Shown here piece by piece: positions 50,943-61,154 of a stretch of DNA of 62,000 nucleotides. The translations under genes and the position numbers were made by a program. Source of the DNA: Hyalangium minutum (lineage in GTDB: Bacteria; Myxococcota; Myxococcia; Myxococcales; Myxococcaceae). How positions within the stretch are numbered: position 1 is the first letter of the stretch; every line of letters begins with the position of its first letter. Under the pieces are notes generated by a model. The model saw only the letters and a list, made by a program, of their open reading frames with translations. It did not search any database and had not been told where the DNA came from. The stretch spans positions 144,001-206,000 of the forward strand of contig NZ_JMCB01000008.1 in the NCBI RefSeq assembly GCF_000737315.1, in the 5' to 3' direction.

Positions 50943-51689
50943 ACGTTCGCGCCCTTTCTCGCCTTCTCGGTCCTCGTTGGAGCGACTCCTGCAGGTCTAC
51001 CCGACCGGTCTGACATGCCTGTAGCGGAGGGGGCCTGTCCGAACCCGTTCTTCCCTCTGGAGGAGGGGCTGAAGCTGACCTACCGGGCGGGATCCTCGGA
51101 GTTGACGATCTCGACCCGGGGGGTGACGTCCACCTCGGAGGGCCTCAAGGGACTCCTGGCGGTGGATCTGAAGGGCCGGAGTGGGGAGACGGAGGCCTTC
51201 TGTACCTCGGAGGGGGTACGCACGGGGCTTGGCGGCCTGGAGGGGACGCTGCTGTCAGCCTCGGGGATGAAGGTGGAGGTGGTCTCCGCCGAGGGAGTGG
51301 CCGTGCCGCCCGCCGCGCGCATGGTCCCTGGCTCGTCCTGGAAGAACTCTCTGTCGGTGAAGCTGCAGCCGCCGGAGGGCTCGAAGATGCCGGCCGGGAT
51401 GGTGCTCGCCAGCACGTTCGATAAGGAGGCGACCGTCCTCGGGGAGGAGGAAGTCACTGTCGGGGCGGGCACCTTCAAGGCGCTGAAGGTGAAGAACCTG
51501 ACAACGGCGCGGGCCAGCCGTGCCGGGGCTCAGGGGCGGTCCATCGAGAGCTTCATCTGGTTCGCGCCGGGGGTGGGCATCATCAAGGTGGCCACGGGCA
51601 ACAACACGGACCTGGAGCTGCTCAAGGTGGACCGGCCCGTGGCGGTGCAGAAGGCCCCGGCCAAGGCGAAGAAAAGCACGAAGCTCTGA
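50943..51689 (+). CDS. Exported beta-rich hypothetical protein (TapB/DUF3108-like); start probably an ACG codon at 50943 (first ATG at 51015)
   Basis: ACPNPFFPL...WFAPGVGIIK pattern. In-frame signal-peptide-like FAPFLAFSVLVGATPA lies upstream of 51015, behind GGAGG. Confidence 0.65.
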   Translation, partial: TFAPFLAFSVLVGATPAGLPDRSDMPVAEGACPNPFFPLEEGLKLTYRAGSSELTISTRGVTSTSEGLKGLLAVDLKGRSGETEAFCTSEGVRTGLGGLEGTLLSASGMKVEVVSAEGVAVPPAARMVPGSSWKNSLSVKLQPPEGSKMPAGMVLASTFDKEATVLGEEEVTVGAGTFKALKVKNLTTARASRAGAQGRSIESFIWFAPGVGIIKVATGNNTDLELLKVDRPVAVQKAPAKAKKSTKL

Positions 51690-51749
51690 ACCCTTGGCGC
51701 AAGCCTTGTGGCCGTAGCTTGATAGCTCCCCCGGATCGGAGGGAGCTCG

Positions 51750-53087
51750 ATGACGCTTCGCCATGCCATGGCAGCGGTGCTTGCGCTGCTCATGGCCGCT
51801 TGCAGCCCACAGCCCAAGGTGGTGCGGTTAATAAGCGGCCAGGGCGCCCCCGTTGTGCACGTTGCGCGTGCAGGCGTGGAGCCCGTGCAGGTGGACGACG
51901 ACAGCTTCGAGCAGGCGCTGGTCGAACATGGCCGAAGCATTCAGCCCTTCTCGGTGCCGCTCATGGAGGCACGCCGGTTATGGCGGGGGCCCCCTCCCGC
52001 AGAGCCCTATGCCCATGTGAGAGGACGCCTGGGCCTCGTGTCAGTCGGGTCAGCCCCCGAGGCCCCGCGAGTGCACCTGCTGCCTGAGTTGGCTCCTGCC
52101 GCAGCAGAGCTCAAGCGCTGCTACCTGCAGTGGTGCGGCCGCACTTGGGGTGAGGGGGACTGCCTGCGCCTGCTGGTGGACAAGCCCGAGTTGGACAACG
52201 ACGGCAAGTACACGCTGGCCATGGCCATCGCCCAGCGCCACGTGCTCGGTGAAATGAAGGACGCCTTCGGAGAGATGGTCAACCCGGTGGCGGTGTACGC
52301 GTCCATCACGAGCGCGATGACCGTGTACCTGCTCTTGTGGACGCTGCCCGAGCCGGTCTCCAAGGGACTCGCCGCGACCATGACGGTGGCGCTCATGGCC
52401 TACCTCGGCGTGGACACGGTGTGGCGGCTGATTGACGGATGGTTGGTGGTGGTCCGTGAGGTGGATCGAGCCACCACCTTCGAGGAGATCGAGGTGGCTG
52501 GAACGAAGTACGGCAAGACGATGGGCAGAACGGCCGCCAAGGCCTTCGTCATGCTGGCCACGGTGGCCGTGGGAAACACGGCCGCTGGCATGGCGTCGAG
52601 GCTGCCCACACTGCCTGGTGCGGGGCCAGCTGCCGTGCTCGCCGAAACGCAGCTGAATCTCCGGTATGCAGCGGCGGCCTCCCAGGTCGAAGCAGTCACC
52701 GTGTCGGCGGAAGGAGCCACCCTCACGCTGGCACCCGGCGCAGTGGCCATGGCAGCTCGAGGCGCCGGGAGCAGAAACAACAGCGTCTACCGCTCAGTGA
52801 GCCCCCAAGGGCAAGTCCAGTACGTGGGCATCACCAATAATGTCGCCAGACGCGCTGTCGAGCACCTCCGACAAAATGGATTCGATATCGATAAGTTGCT
52901 GGGCAATCTCTCCCGGGAGGATGCACGAGCGGTCGAGCAGGCCCTCATTGAAATCCACGGCCTTGGAAAGAACGGAGGAACGCTCTTGAACCGCATCAAC
53001 AGCATCGCGCGTACCCGTCCTGACTTCGCCGCGCTGTTGCGCAGAGGGCAGGAACTGTTGAACTCCATTGGGTACCGGGTGGAATGA
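51750..53087 (+). CDS. SitA5-like lipoprotein polymorphic toxin with a C-terminal GIY-YIG-like nuclease domain
   Basis: Lipobox LMAAC and VVRL..GQGAP.VHV N-terminus recalled from SitA5-type proteins. Hydrophobic central helices, AVAMAARG junction, then VYRS...YVGITNNVARRAVEH. Confidence 0.78.
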   Translation: MTLRHAMAAVLALLMAACSPQPKVVRLISGQGAPVVHVARAGVEPVQVDDDSFEQALVEHGRSIQPFSVPLMEARRLWRGPPPAEPYAHVRGRLGLVSVGSAPEAPRVHLLPELAPAAAELKRCYLQWCGRTWGEGDCLRLLVDKPELDNDGKYTLAMAIAQRHVLGEMKDAFGEMVNPVAVYASITSAMTVYLLLWTLPEPVSKGLAATMTVALMAYLGVDTVWRLIDGWLVVVREVDRATTFEEIEVAGTKYGKTMGRTAAKAFVMLATVAVGNTAAGMASRLPTLPGAGPAAVLAETQLNLRYAAAASQVEAVTVSAEGATLTLAPGAVAMAARGAGSRNNSVYRSVSPQGQVQYVGITNNVARRAVEHLRQNGFDIDKLLGNLSREDARAVEQALIEIHGLGKNGGTLLNRINSIARTRPDFAALLRRGQELLNSIGYRVE

Positions 53088-53870
53088 ATGGGCTCGCCAC
53101 GAAAGCGCGTGCGGATGGGAGACCTTCTGGAGGTCAGCACTCCTCGGGGTCTCGCCTATGTGCAGTACGTCGGGAAGCATCCGGAATATGGCCACGCCAT
53201 CCGAGTCCTTCCAGGCTTCTTCCAGGCACGGCCTCAGGACTGGACCTCGTTGGCATCCCAACCAGGCTACTTCACCTTCTATCCTGTCAGCGCCGCTGTT
53301 TCGCAGGGGTTGGTCGCCATTGCCGCCCATCATCCGATCCCTTCGGGGCAGGAGTTGCCGACCATGTTCCGTCGACGCGGCGCGATTGCTCCAGACGGAA
53401 CGGTCCTGACGTGGCTCATCTTCGGCCATGGACCCGAGACGCTTCGAACAACGCTGAGCCCAGAGGAAAAGCGCCTCTCCATCGCCTCGATCTGGAACCA
53501 CGCGTTTCTGGTGGGTCGTCTTGTAGAAGAGTGGCGTCCGGACAAGGGGCCTCGCGCGGCTGAGTTCTCGCAGGTTCAGCACGTCCAGAGCGAGCCAGAG
53601 AATTCTCCAGCGTCACCTGAGCCAGAGAGCCCCCGCCGCATGGCGCATTACCTCTATTTTCCATCAGCCAAGGCAGGCAAGCCGGTCGCCACCGAGCTTC
53701 GGAAGCGCGGCTTCGAGATAGAGAGCCGCCGCAGCGGAGACGAACAGCACTGGCTTGTGCTCGCTACGCACAGTGTCGCAGGGGAGAACGCCGAGCACAC
53801 TCGCGATGAGCTTGAGCAGTTGGCGGAGCAGCACGGTGGCACTTATGACGGCTCTGAGGTTGCCACCTGA
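53088..53870 (+). CDS. Immunity protein (Imm26-like N-terminus fused to an RraB-like C-terminal domain)
   Basis: ATG directly abuts the toxin TGA. N-terminal GDLLEVSTPRGLAYVQY; C-terminal HYLYFP...LAEQHGGTYDGSE. Confidence 0.65.
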   Translation: MGSPRKRVRMGDLLEVSTPRGLAYVQYVGKHPEYGHAIRVLPGFFQARPQDWTSLASQPGYFTFYPVSAAVSQGLVAIAAHHPIPSGQELPTMFRRRGAIAPDGTVLTWLIFGHGPETLRTTLSPEEKRLSIASIWNHAFLVGRLVEEWRPDKGPRAAEFSQVQHVQSEPENSPASPEPESPRRMAHYLYFPSAKAGKPVATELRKRGFEIESRRSGDEQHWLVLATHSVAGENAEHTRDELEQLAEQHGGTYDGSEVAT

Positions 53871-53998
53871 AGTCCTTCCGGTGACGCCCCCGTTACAAGA
53901 GTTCGTCGAGACGAAACCCATCAGAGCGGGTGCGTTCGGCCCTACCTGTGCAGTAGCATGACCGCCGTGCTCGCGACGGAGAGTCGCGAGGAGGCACC

Positions 53999-55300
53999 AT
54001 GCACTTCGATGCTCCTGACGTAGGCTCAACCGTTGGCCCCTGGCTCCTCCAGGAGCATGTGGACTCGGGAAGCTTCGGCATCGTCTACCTTGCCCGGCGT
54101 GCAGAGCAGCCGGACTCTCCGCGCACCCATCGCGAGTTGCTCCAGGTGCTCGCCCAGCTGGCAGGGGCCCTGGCCACTGCTCACGCACGCGGGGCCCTCC
54201 ACCGCGATGTGAAGGGCGAAAACATCCGCGTGCGCACCGATGGCCGGGCAGTGCTCTTGGACTGGGGCTCTGGGTGGTTCGAAGGAGCGTCCCCCCTCAC
54301 GGACAGCCCCGCCCCCCCTGGCACCACCGCGTACCGGCCTCCCGAGCAGCGCGCCTTCCAGTGGCAGTTTCGCAAGGACATGGAGGCCCGCTGGCACTCG
54401 ACCGCTACCGATGACCTCTACTCCTTAGGAGTCACCCTCTACCGCCTCGTCACGGGCAAGTACCTGCCACCCTGTACGGACGGCGGGGAGCCCGTAGCGC
54501 GCAAAGTGCCGCCGCCCTCGACCCTGGCCACCGTGTCCCCTGAGCTGGAAACGATCATCCTCCGGCTTATCTCCGACGACCGGAAGGTGCGGGGCACGGC
54601 AGAGCAACTGGCCCGAGAGTCCGCAATGATCGTAGAGACGGGCGGGCCTGCCTTGGACCTGGCGATTCGTCCAACGTCCAGCGCCCTCGTGACGGAGGAG
54701 GGAGAACCGCCCCAGCCCTCATCGGGAGGTCTGGACGACGACGGCCTCGAAGAGGACGAACGGCCCTCCGACTCGGTGCCCGCCAAACAGAAGAACCGTG
54801 CCGAAGTGGCGCCCTCCATGCGGGATCGCGTTCGCCAACACCATGAGCTGGCCGTGCCCGCTTGGCTTACCTGGACGGGCGCTTCCGCCATGGGAGGGCT
54901 CATCACTGCCCTTATGATGTTGTGGGTGCGGCCTGGGGTTCCAGAGCCCGCGCCCAAGCCCCTTCCCAACCCCACTCCCTGGCTCGCCACTCCCGAGGAA
55001 GTGGCTCCGTTCGCCCCGGATGCAGGCGTCGGAGAGGCGGCCCTGTCGAGCGTCGAGAATATGAACCCGCGCGTGGGAGACTTCGTTGTCTCCCTAGGTC
55101 GTTCCATGCCCTCTAAGCCGTTCCCTTTGCAACGGCGCCCACCTTGTAACCGTGGAGAGAAAGAGATCAACGGAGGGTGCTGGATCGGACCGATTGATGC
55201 AGAGAAGCCCCCGTGCGGCGACCAAATGTTCGACTACGAGGGCAGGTGTTACTTCGCGTCCTTTGGCGAAAACCGACAACCCACCTCTGGAGAGCCCTAA
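53999..55300 (+). pseudogene. Membrane Ser/Thr kinase with an in-frame internal deletion of subdomains II-V (pseudokinase or decaying gene)
   Basis: The Gly-loop DSGSFGIVY is only about 40 aa from HRDVKGEN, with no VAxK lysine, alphaC or hinge. DWG, GTTAYRPPEQ, DDLYSLGV, a TM helix and a Cys-rich extracellular tail are retained. Confidence 0.7.
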
Positions 55301-55323
55301 TCAAGGCCGTGCGCGCGAAGCGC

Positions 55324-56727
55324 TCACGCCGTCCCGCGCCCTGAAGGCGAAGGCCCTGCCCCCTGAGGCGCCGCCGCACTGCCATCCGCAGGAACTGCCG
55401 CAGCCGCCTTGGCCGCCGCCTGGGGCTCCACCGTCACCCGCACCACGCGCGGCCCTTCCACCTCGTCCACGACGATGCGCCACATGTCCAGCTTCAGGCT
55501 GTCGCCCTTCTCCGGCACCTTGCCCAGCTTCGTCATCAGGTAGCCCGCAATCGTCGTCACCTCGCCCTGCTCGTCCTCCTTCAGGTCGAAGTTGACGTCC
55601 AGCCGCTCCTCCAAATCGTCCAGCTGCGCCGTGCCCGGCAACTCGAAGCGGCCACCCGGCAGCGAGCGCACCTCGTCCATCCGCCGCCCCAGCTCCGCCA
55701 CGTCCCCCACCACCTCCGCCACCACGTCCGCGATGCTCACCAGCCCCGACGTGCCGCCGTGCTCGTCCACCACCAGCGCCGTCTGCCGGCGCCGCCGCCG
55801 GAACTCCGCCAGCAGCTGCTCCAGCGTCACGTTCTCCGGGATGAACAGCACCGGCCGCTGCACCTGCGACAGGGCCCTCAGCTCCCCCCTCGACAGCAGG
55901 AAGAACAGGTCCTTCGCATTCACCACGCCCTCCACCTCGTCCAGGCTCCCGCGGCACACCGGCAGCCACGTGTGCCCCGCCGCCCGCGCGTCCGCGATGC
56001 ACTTCTCCAGCGGCTCCTCCACGTCCAGGTACTTCACCTGGTTCCGAGGCACCATCACCTGCCGCGCCGTCTTCTGCGCCATCTCCAGCGCCCGCTCGAG
56101 CAGCTCCGCTCGCGCCGTGGTGATCGACCCCGCCTCCGCCGAGCTGTTCAGGATGACTTTCAGCTCGTCCTCGCTGTGCGCCTCGTGCGTCTCGCTCGCC
56201 GACTCCAGACCGAACAGCCGCAGCAATCGCCCCGCAATCCCGTTCAGCAGCCAGATCGCCGGGTAGAACAGGAAGTAGAAGGCCCGCATCGGCAGCGCCA
56301 CCGCCAGCGTCGTGGCCTCTGCCCGCTGGATCGCCAAGCTCTTGGGCGCCAGCTCTCCCACGATGATGTGCAGGAACGTGATGATCACGAACGCGACCGC
56401 CACCGCCGCGCTGTGCCCCACCGTGGCCACCGCCTCCGCTGGGACAATCCGCGCGATCACCGGCTCCAGCAGGTGCGCGAACGCGGGCTCACCCAGCCAG
56501 CCCAGCCCCAGCGACGCCAAGGTAATGCCGAACTGCGTGGCGGAGAGGTAGGCATCCAGCTTCTCCACCATCTTCAGCGCGTTGCCCGCCCCGGGCTTGC
56601 CCTCGTCCACCATCGCCTGCAGGCGCGTGCCGCGGATCTTCACGATGGCGAACTCCGTCGCCACGAAGAAGCCGTTTGCGAACACCAACAGAATCGCCAG
56701 TCCTAGGAAGATCCACTCGCTCGCCAT
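55324..56727 (-). CDS. Hemolysin/CNNM family protein (DUF21-CBS-CorC; Mg/Co transport-associated)
   Basis: ANGFFVATEFAIV, LSATQFGITLASLGLG, GELAPKSLA and VVDEHGGTSGLV. Confidence 0.92.
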   Translation of the reverse strand: MASEWIFLGLAILLVFANGFFVATEFAIVKIRGTRLQAMVDEGKPGAGNALKMVEKLDAYLSATQFGITLASLGLGWLGEPAFAHLLEPVIARIVPAEAVATVGHSAAVAVAFVIITFLHIIVGELAPKSLAIQRAEATTLAVALPMRAFYFLFYPAIWLLNGIAGRLLRLFGLESASETHEAHSEDELKVILNSSAEAGSITTARAELLERALEMAQKTARQVMVPRNQVKYLDVEEPLEKCIADARAAGHTWLPVCRGSLDEVEGVVNAKDLFFLLSRGELRALSQVQRPVLFIPENVTLEQLLAEFRRRRRQTALVVDEHGGTSGLVSIADVVAEVVGDVAELGRRMDEVRSLPGGRFELPGTAQLDDLEERLDVNFDLKEDEQGEVTTIAGYLMTKLGKVPEKGDSLKLDMWRIVVDEVEGPRVVRVTVEPQAAAKAAAAVPADGSAAAPQGAGPSPSGRGTA

Positions 56728-56731
56728 GGCG

Positions 56732-57547
56732 TTAGAACAACGCCTCGAACTCGGGATCGCCCTTGAGAGAGTCGAACATGGGGTCCGTCGACAGCCACCC
56801 CATCACCTTCCCCTTGTCCGCCGCCAACGCCTTCTGCAGGAACGACACCGCGTCCTTGGGCCGCCCCCACAGCGCGTACAGCGCCGCCAGGTTGTAGTTC
56901 AGCAGCAGATCCTCGCCGTTCAGCGTCCGCGCCTTCTCGTACGCCCGCTCGGCCTCCGCGTAGAAGCCCTTCTGCGCGTAGCAGATGCCCAAGTCCAGAT
57001 GCGCCTCGAAGTTGTCCGCCTCCAGCCGCACCACCTCTTTGAGCTGGGTGATGGCCGAGCGGTAGTCCCCCTCGTCCATCTGCAGCGCGGCCAGCTCGTG
57101 CCGGGGGAACGCATCCTGCGAGTCCAGCTCGATGGCCGTCTGCAGCTCGCGCATCGCCTCCTCCACCCGGCCCTGGTCCGCGTACGTGAGCCCCAGGTTC
57201 AGGTGGGCGTCCGGGTACTCCGGATCCAGCTCGATGGCCTCCTTGTACTCCTCCACCGCCATCTCAGCCGCATGGGTGGAGAGGAAGCAGGCGAGGTTGT
57301 AGTGCGCCGTGGCGCTGTCCGGCTCCAGCTTGAGCGCCGTGAGGTACTCGCTCAGCGCCTCACGGAAGAGCTTCTTCTCCGCGTACACCGTCGCCAGGTT
57401 GTCGTGGGCGTGCGCCGAGGCGGGATCCAGATCGATCGCTTTCTTGAACTCCTTGATTGCCTCGTCCAGCCACCCGCGGTCCGCGAGCTCGATTCCCCGG
57501 GAGTTGTGCTCGTCGGAGAGTGCAATGTTGTCCTTTTCGCGGGCCAT
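56732..57547 (-). CDS. TPR-repeat protein
   Basis: Serial 34-aa TPRs (AHAHDNLATVY, TAHYNLACFL, DAHLNLGLTY, EAHLDLGICY). Confidence 0.88.
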   Translation of the reverse strand: MAREKDNIALSDEHNSRGIELADRGWLDEAIKEFKKAIDLDPASAHAHDNLATVYAEKKLFREALSEYLTALKLEPDSATAHYNLACFLSTHAAEMAVEEYKEAIELDPEYPDAHLNLGLTYADQGRVEEAMRELQTAIELDSQDAFPRHELAALQMDEGDYRSAITQLKEVVRLEADNFEAHLDLGICYAQKGFYAEAERAYEKARTLNGEDLLLNYNLAALYALWGRPKDAVSFLQKALAADKGKVMGWLSTDPMFDSLKGDPEFEALF

Positions 57548-57609
57548 GAATCGCCGGGCAATCTACGCGCCGCCAATCGAAGGGCGCAAGGTAGAGTTTC
57601 CCTCCACTT

Positions 57610-58851
57610 ATGCGCCACTTCGCCCTGTTGCTGCTGCTGGCCACCGCGTGCACCCTCCGTCCGCTCCCGGACGCGCCTCCGGGCTCCCCGGGCAACCCGC
57701 CGGGCCGCGATCCCACCGCGCCGCCGCAGGACCCCGGCCCCTGGGCCCCCGAGCCTCAGAAACCGGGCACGCTAAACGTTCCAAACCCGACAGCCCCGGC
57801 TCAGCCCGCGGCCACCCTGGCCCCCCGTCCCGTCACCCTGCTGGTGGGCGGAGATGTGACGGTGGGCCACCACTACCAGACGTACTTCGACGAGCAGGTG
57901 GGCAAGGGCCGTACGCGCGAGGAGATGTTCGCCTACGGCTTCAAGGAGGTGAAGGCGGTGGCGGACACGGCGGACCTGTTCCTCGTGAACCTCGAGTGCC
58001 CCTTCACCGAGAGCTCCGACAAGCTGCCCAAGAACTTCAACTTCCGCGCCCGGCCCGAGTTCGTGAACACCCTGCTGGCGGGAGGCGTGGACGTGGTGAG
58101 CCTCGCCAACAACCACATGATGGACTACGGCCCCCAGGGGCTCGTGGACACGCTGATGACGCTGGAGCAGGCGAAGATTCCCCACTTCGGCGCCGGCCGC
58201 ACCCTGGCCGAGGCCCGCCGCCCTGCCCTCGTCACCGTGGGCGGTGTGCGCTTCGCCTTCCTGGGCTACTTCTTCCTCGGCGACCGCAACATCGAGCCCG
58301 CCCAGGTGTACGCCACCGAGACGACGCCCGGCGTGGCCGGCCACTACTCGGACGTGGCGGTGCTGGAGCGGATGCTCCGGGAGGACATCCTCGCGGCCAA
58401 GGCCCAGGCGGACGTGGTGCTCCCCTTCTTCCACTGGGGCGTCGAGAGCACCTACAACCCCCTGCCCTACCAGCTCCAGTTGGCGCGCGCGGCCATCGAG
58501 GCGGGCGCGGCAGGAGTGCTCGGCAGCCACCCGCACGTGCTCCAGGCCATGGAGCTGCACCAGGGCGCTCCGGCCATCTACTCGCTGGGGAACTTCGTGT
58601 TCGGGGGCAACTGGAACCCCAAGGACAAGCGCAGCGCGCTCCTCAAGGCCCGCTTCTCCCCGGGCGGCTACCTGTCGAGCGAGCTCATCCCGCTGCGCAC
58701 GGACCGGTACCCGGAGTTCCCCATGCAGCCCAGCGTCGTCTCCGGCCCTGAGGCCGCCGAGGTGCTCAAGCTGCTGGCTTCCAGCTCCGCGAAATTGCCC
58801 CGCATGCTGCCTGAGCTGGAGCCCTACCGCCCGGCCAGCGCCTCCCCCTAG
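57610..58851 (+). CDS. CapA-family (PGA_cap) metallophosphatase lipoprotein
   Basis: Lipobox LATAC; GGDV, VNLE, SLANNHMMDYG, FFHWG, GSHPHVLQ and YSLGNFVF motifs. Confidence 0.92.
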   Translation: MRHFALLLLLATACTLRPLPDAPPGSPGNPPGRDPTAPPQDPGPWAPEPQKPGTLNVPNPTAPAQPAATLAPRPVTLLVGGDVTVGHHYQTYFDEQVGKGRTREEMFAYGFKEVKAVADTADLFLVNLECPFTESSDKLPKNFNFRARPEFVNTLLAGGVDVVSLANNHMMDYGPQGLVDTLMTLEQAKIPHFGAGRTLAEARRPALVTVGGVRFAFLGYFFLGDRNIEPAQVYATETTPGVAGHYSDVAVLERMLREDILAAKAQADVVLPFFHWGVESTYNPLPYQLQLARAAIEAGAAGVLGSHPHVLQAMELHQGAPAIYSLGNFVFGGNWNPKDKRSALLKARFSPGGYLSSELIPLRTDRYPEFPMQPSVVSGPEAAEVLKLLASSSAKLPRMLPELEPYRPASASP

Positions 58852-58883
58852 CTACGGGGGGAGGGCTCGGGCGCGAGCGGGTG

Positions 58884-59012
58884 TTACTTGTGGCGGGCCT
58901 TGTTGCTCTGGCCGCGCACCGCGCGCTTCCGGCGGCGCTTCAGGACGGACTTCTTCGTCTTCGCGCGGTTGGACAGCTTCTTCTTGCTGCGATTTCCCTT
59001 CTGGGCGGGCAT
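58884..59012 (-). CDS. 42-aa extremely basic small protein
   Basis: MPAQKGNRSKKKLSNRAKTKKSVLKRRRKRAVRGQSNKARHK with a GGAG RBS, GC3-rich codons and a TAA stop. Sits in an otherwise empty intergenic gap. Confidence 0.7.
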   Translation of the reverse strand: MPAQKGNRSKKKLSNRAKTKKSVLKRRRKRAVRGQSNKARHK

Positions 59013-59162
59013 GTTCTGGCACTCCAGTGCAGTTGTTGAGCCGCAGTGTAGCGGCAACGGGCGCCCTTCTTTCACGCCCCTGGCCAGCCTTCCAAGGAAT
59101 TTCTTGAGGCCTTCCACCCTTGCCAGCGGGCAGGCAACGGGGCAATACCCCGGGTAACAACG

Positions 59163-60262
<1,100 letters not shown>

Positions 60263-60266
<4 letters not shown>

Positions 60267-61144
60267 GCAGCGACACCTGGACCATCCGCAAGGTCCTCAC
60301 CTGGACGACCCAGCACTTCGAGAAGCGCCAGGTGGACGCGCCGCGGCTCACCGCCGATGTGCTGCTGTCCCACGTGCTGAAGGTGAGCCGGGTGCGCCTC
60401 TACGTGGACCTGGATCGGCCGCTCTCCAAGGAGGAGCTGGCCTCCTTCCGCGCCCTCATCGAGCGCCGCATCTCCGGCGAGCCCACCCAGTACCTGACCG
60501 GTGTGAAGGAGTTCTACAACCGCCCGTTCAAGGTGGATCAGCGGGTGCTCATCCCCCGCCCCGAGACGGAGCTGCTGGTGGAGGCCAGCTTGCACGCGCT
60601 GCCCAAGGACACGCCCAGCCGCGCCCTGGATGTGTGCACGGGCTCCGGCTGCATCGCCGTCAGCCTGGCCGCCGAGCGCCCCCAGGCCTCGGTCCTGGCC
60701 ACGGACCTGTCGCCCGAGGCCTGCGCCCTGGCCCGGGAGAACGCCGAGGCCCTCGGTGTGGGCGCCCGCGTCACCATCGTCCAGGGGGACCTGTTCACCC
60801 CCGTGCCGCCGGACGCGCGCTTCCACCTCGTCGTCTCCAATCCGCCGTACATCGAGACGGGGGAAATCCCCAGTCTGTCGGCGGAGGTGCGCCGGGAGCC
60901 TCACCTGGCCCTGGACGGCGGGAAGGATGGGCTCGACGCCCTGCGCCGCGTCATCCGGGAGGCCCGCCGCTTCCTGCGGCCTGGCGGCCTCCTTGCAATG
61001 GAGATTGGAGAAACCCAGGGGAACGCCGTCCGGGAGCTCCTCCAAGCCGCGGGGTACGAGAACGCGCGGGTGGAGAAGGACCTGGAGCGGCGGGACCGCT
61101 TGGCTTTTGGGACACAACCTGCGGCCACCGGGCCACAGGCGTGA
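60263..61144 (+). CDS. prmC: Release factor glutamine methyltransferase PrmC (HemK)
   Basis: [19 protein letters not shown] and VSNPPYI. ATGA-coupled to prfA. Confidence 0.96.
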
Positions 61145-61154
61145 GACAGGACCG

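Noticed and set aside
47000-51000. parS sites near smc
   Set aside because: No GTTCCACGTGGAAC-like palindrome was seen in the intergenic regions I read.
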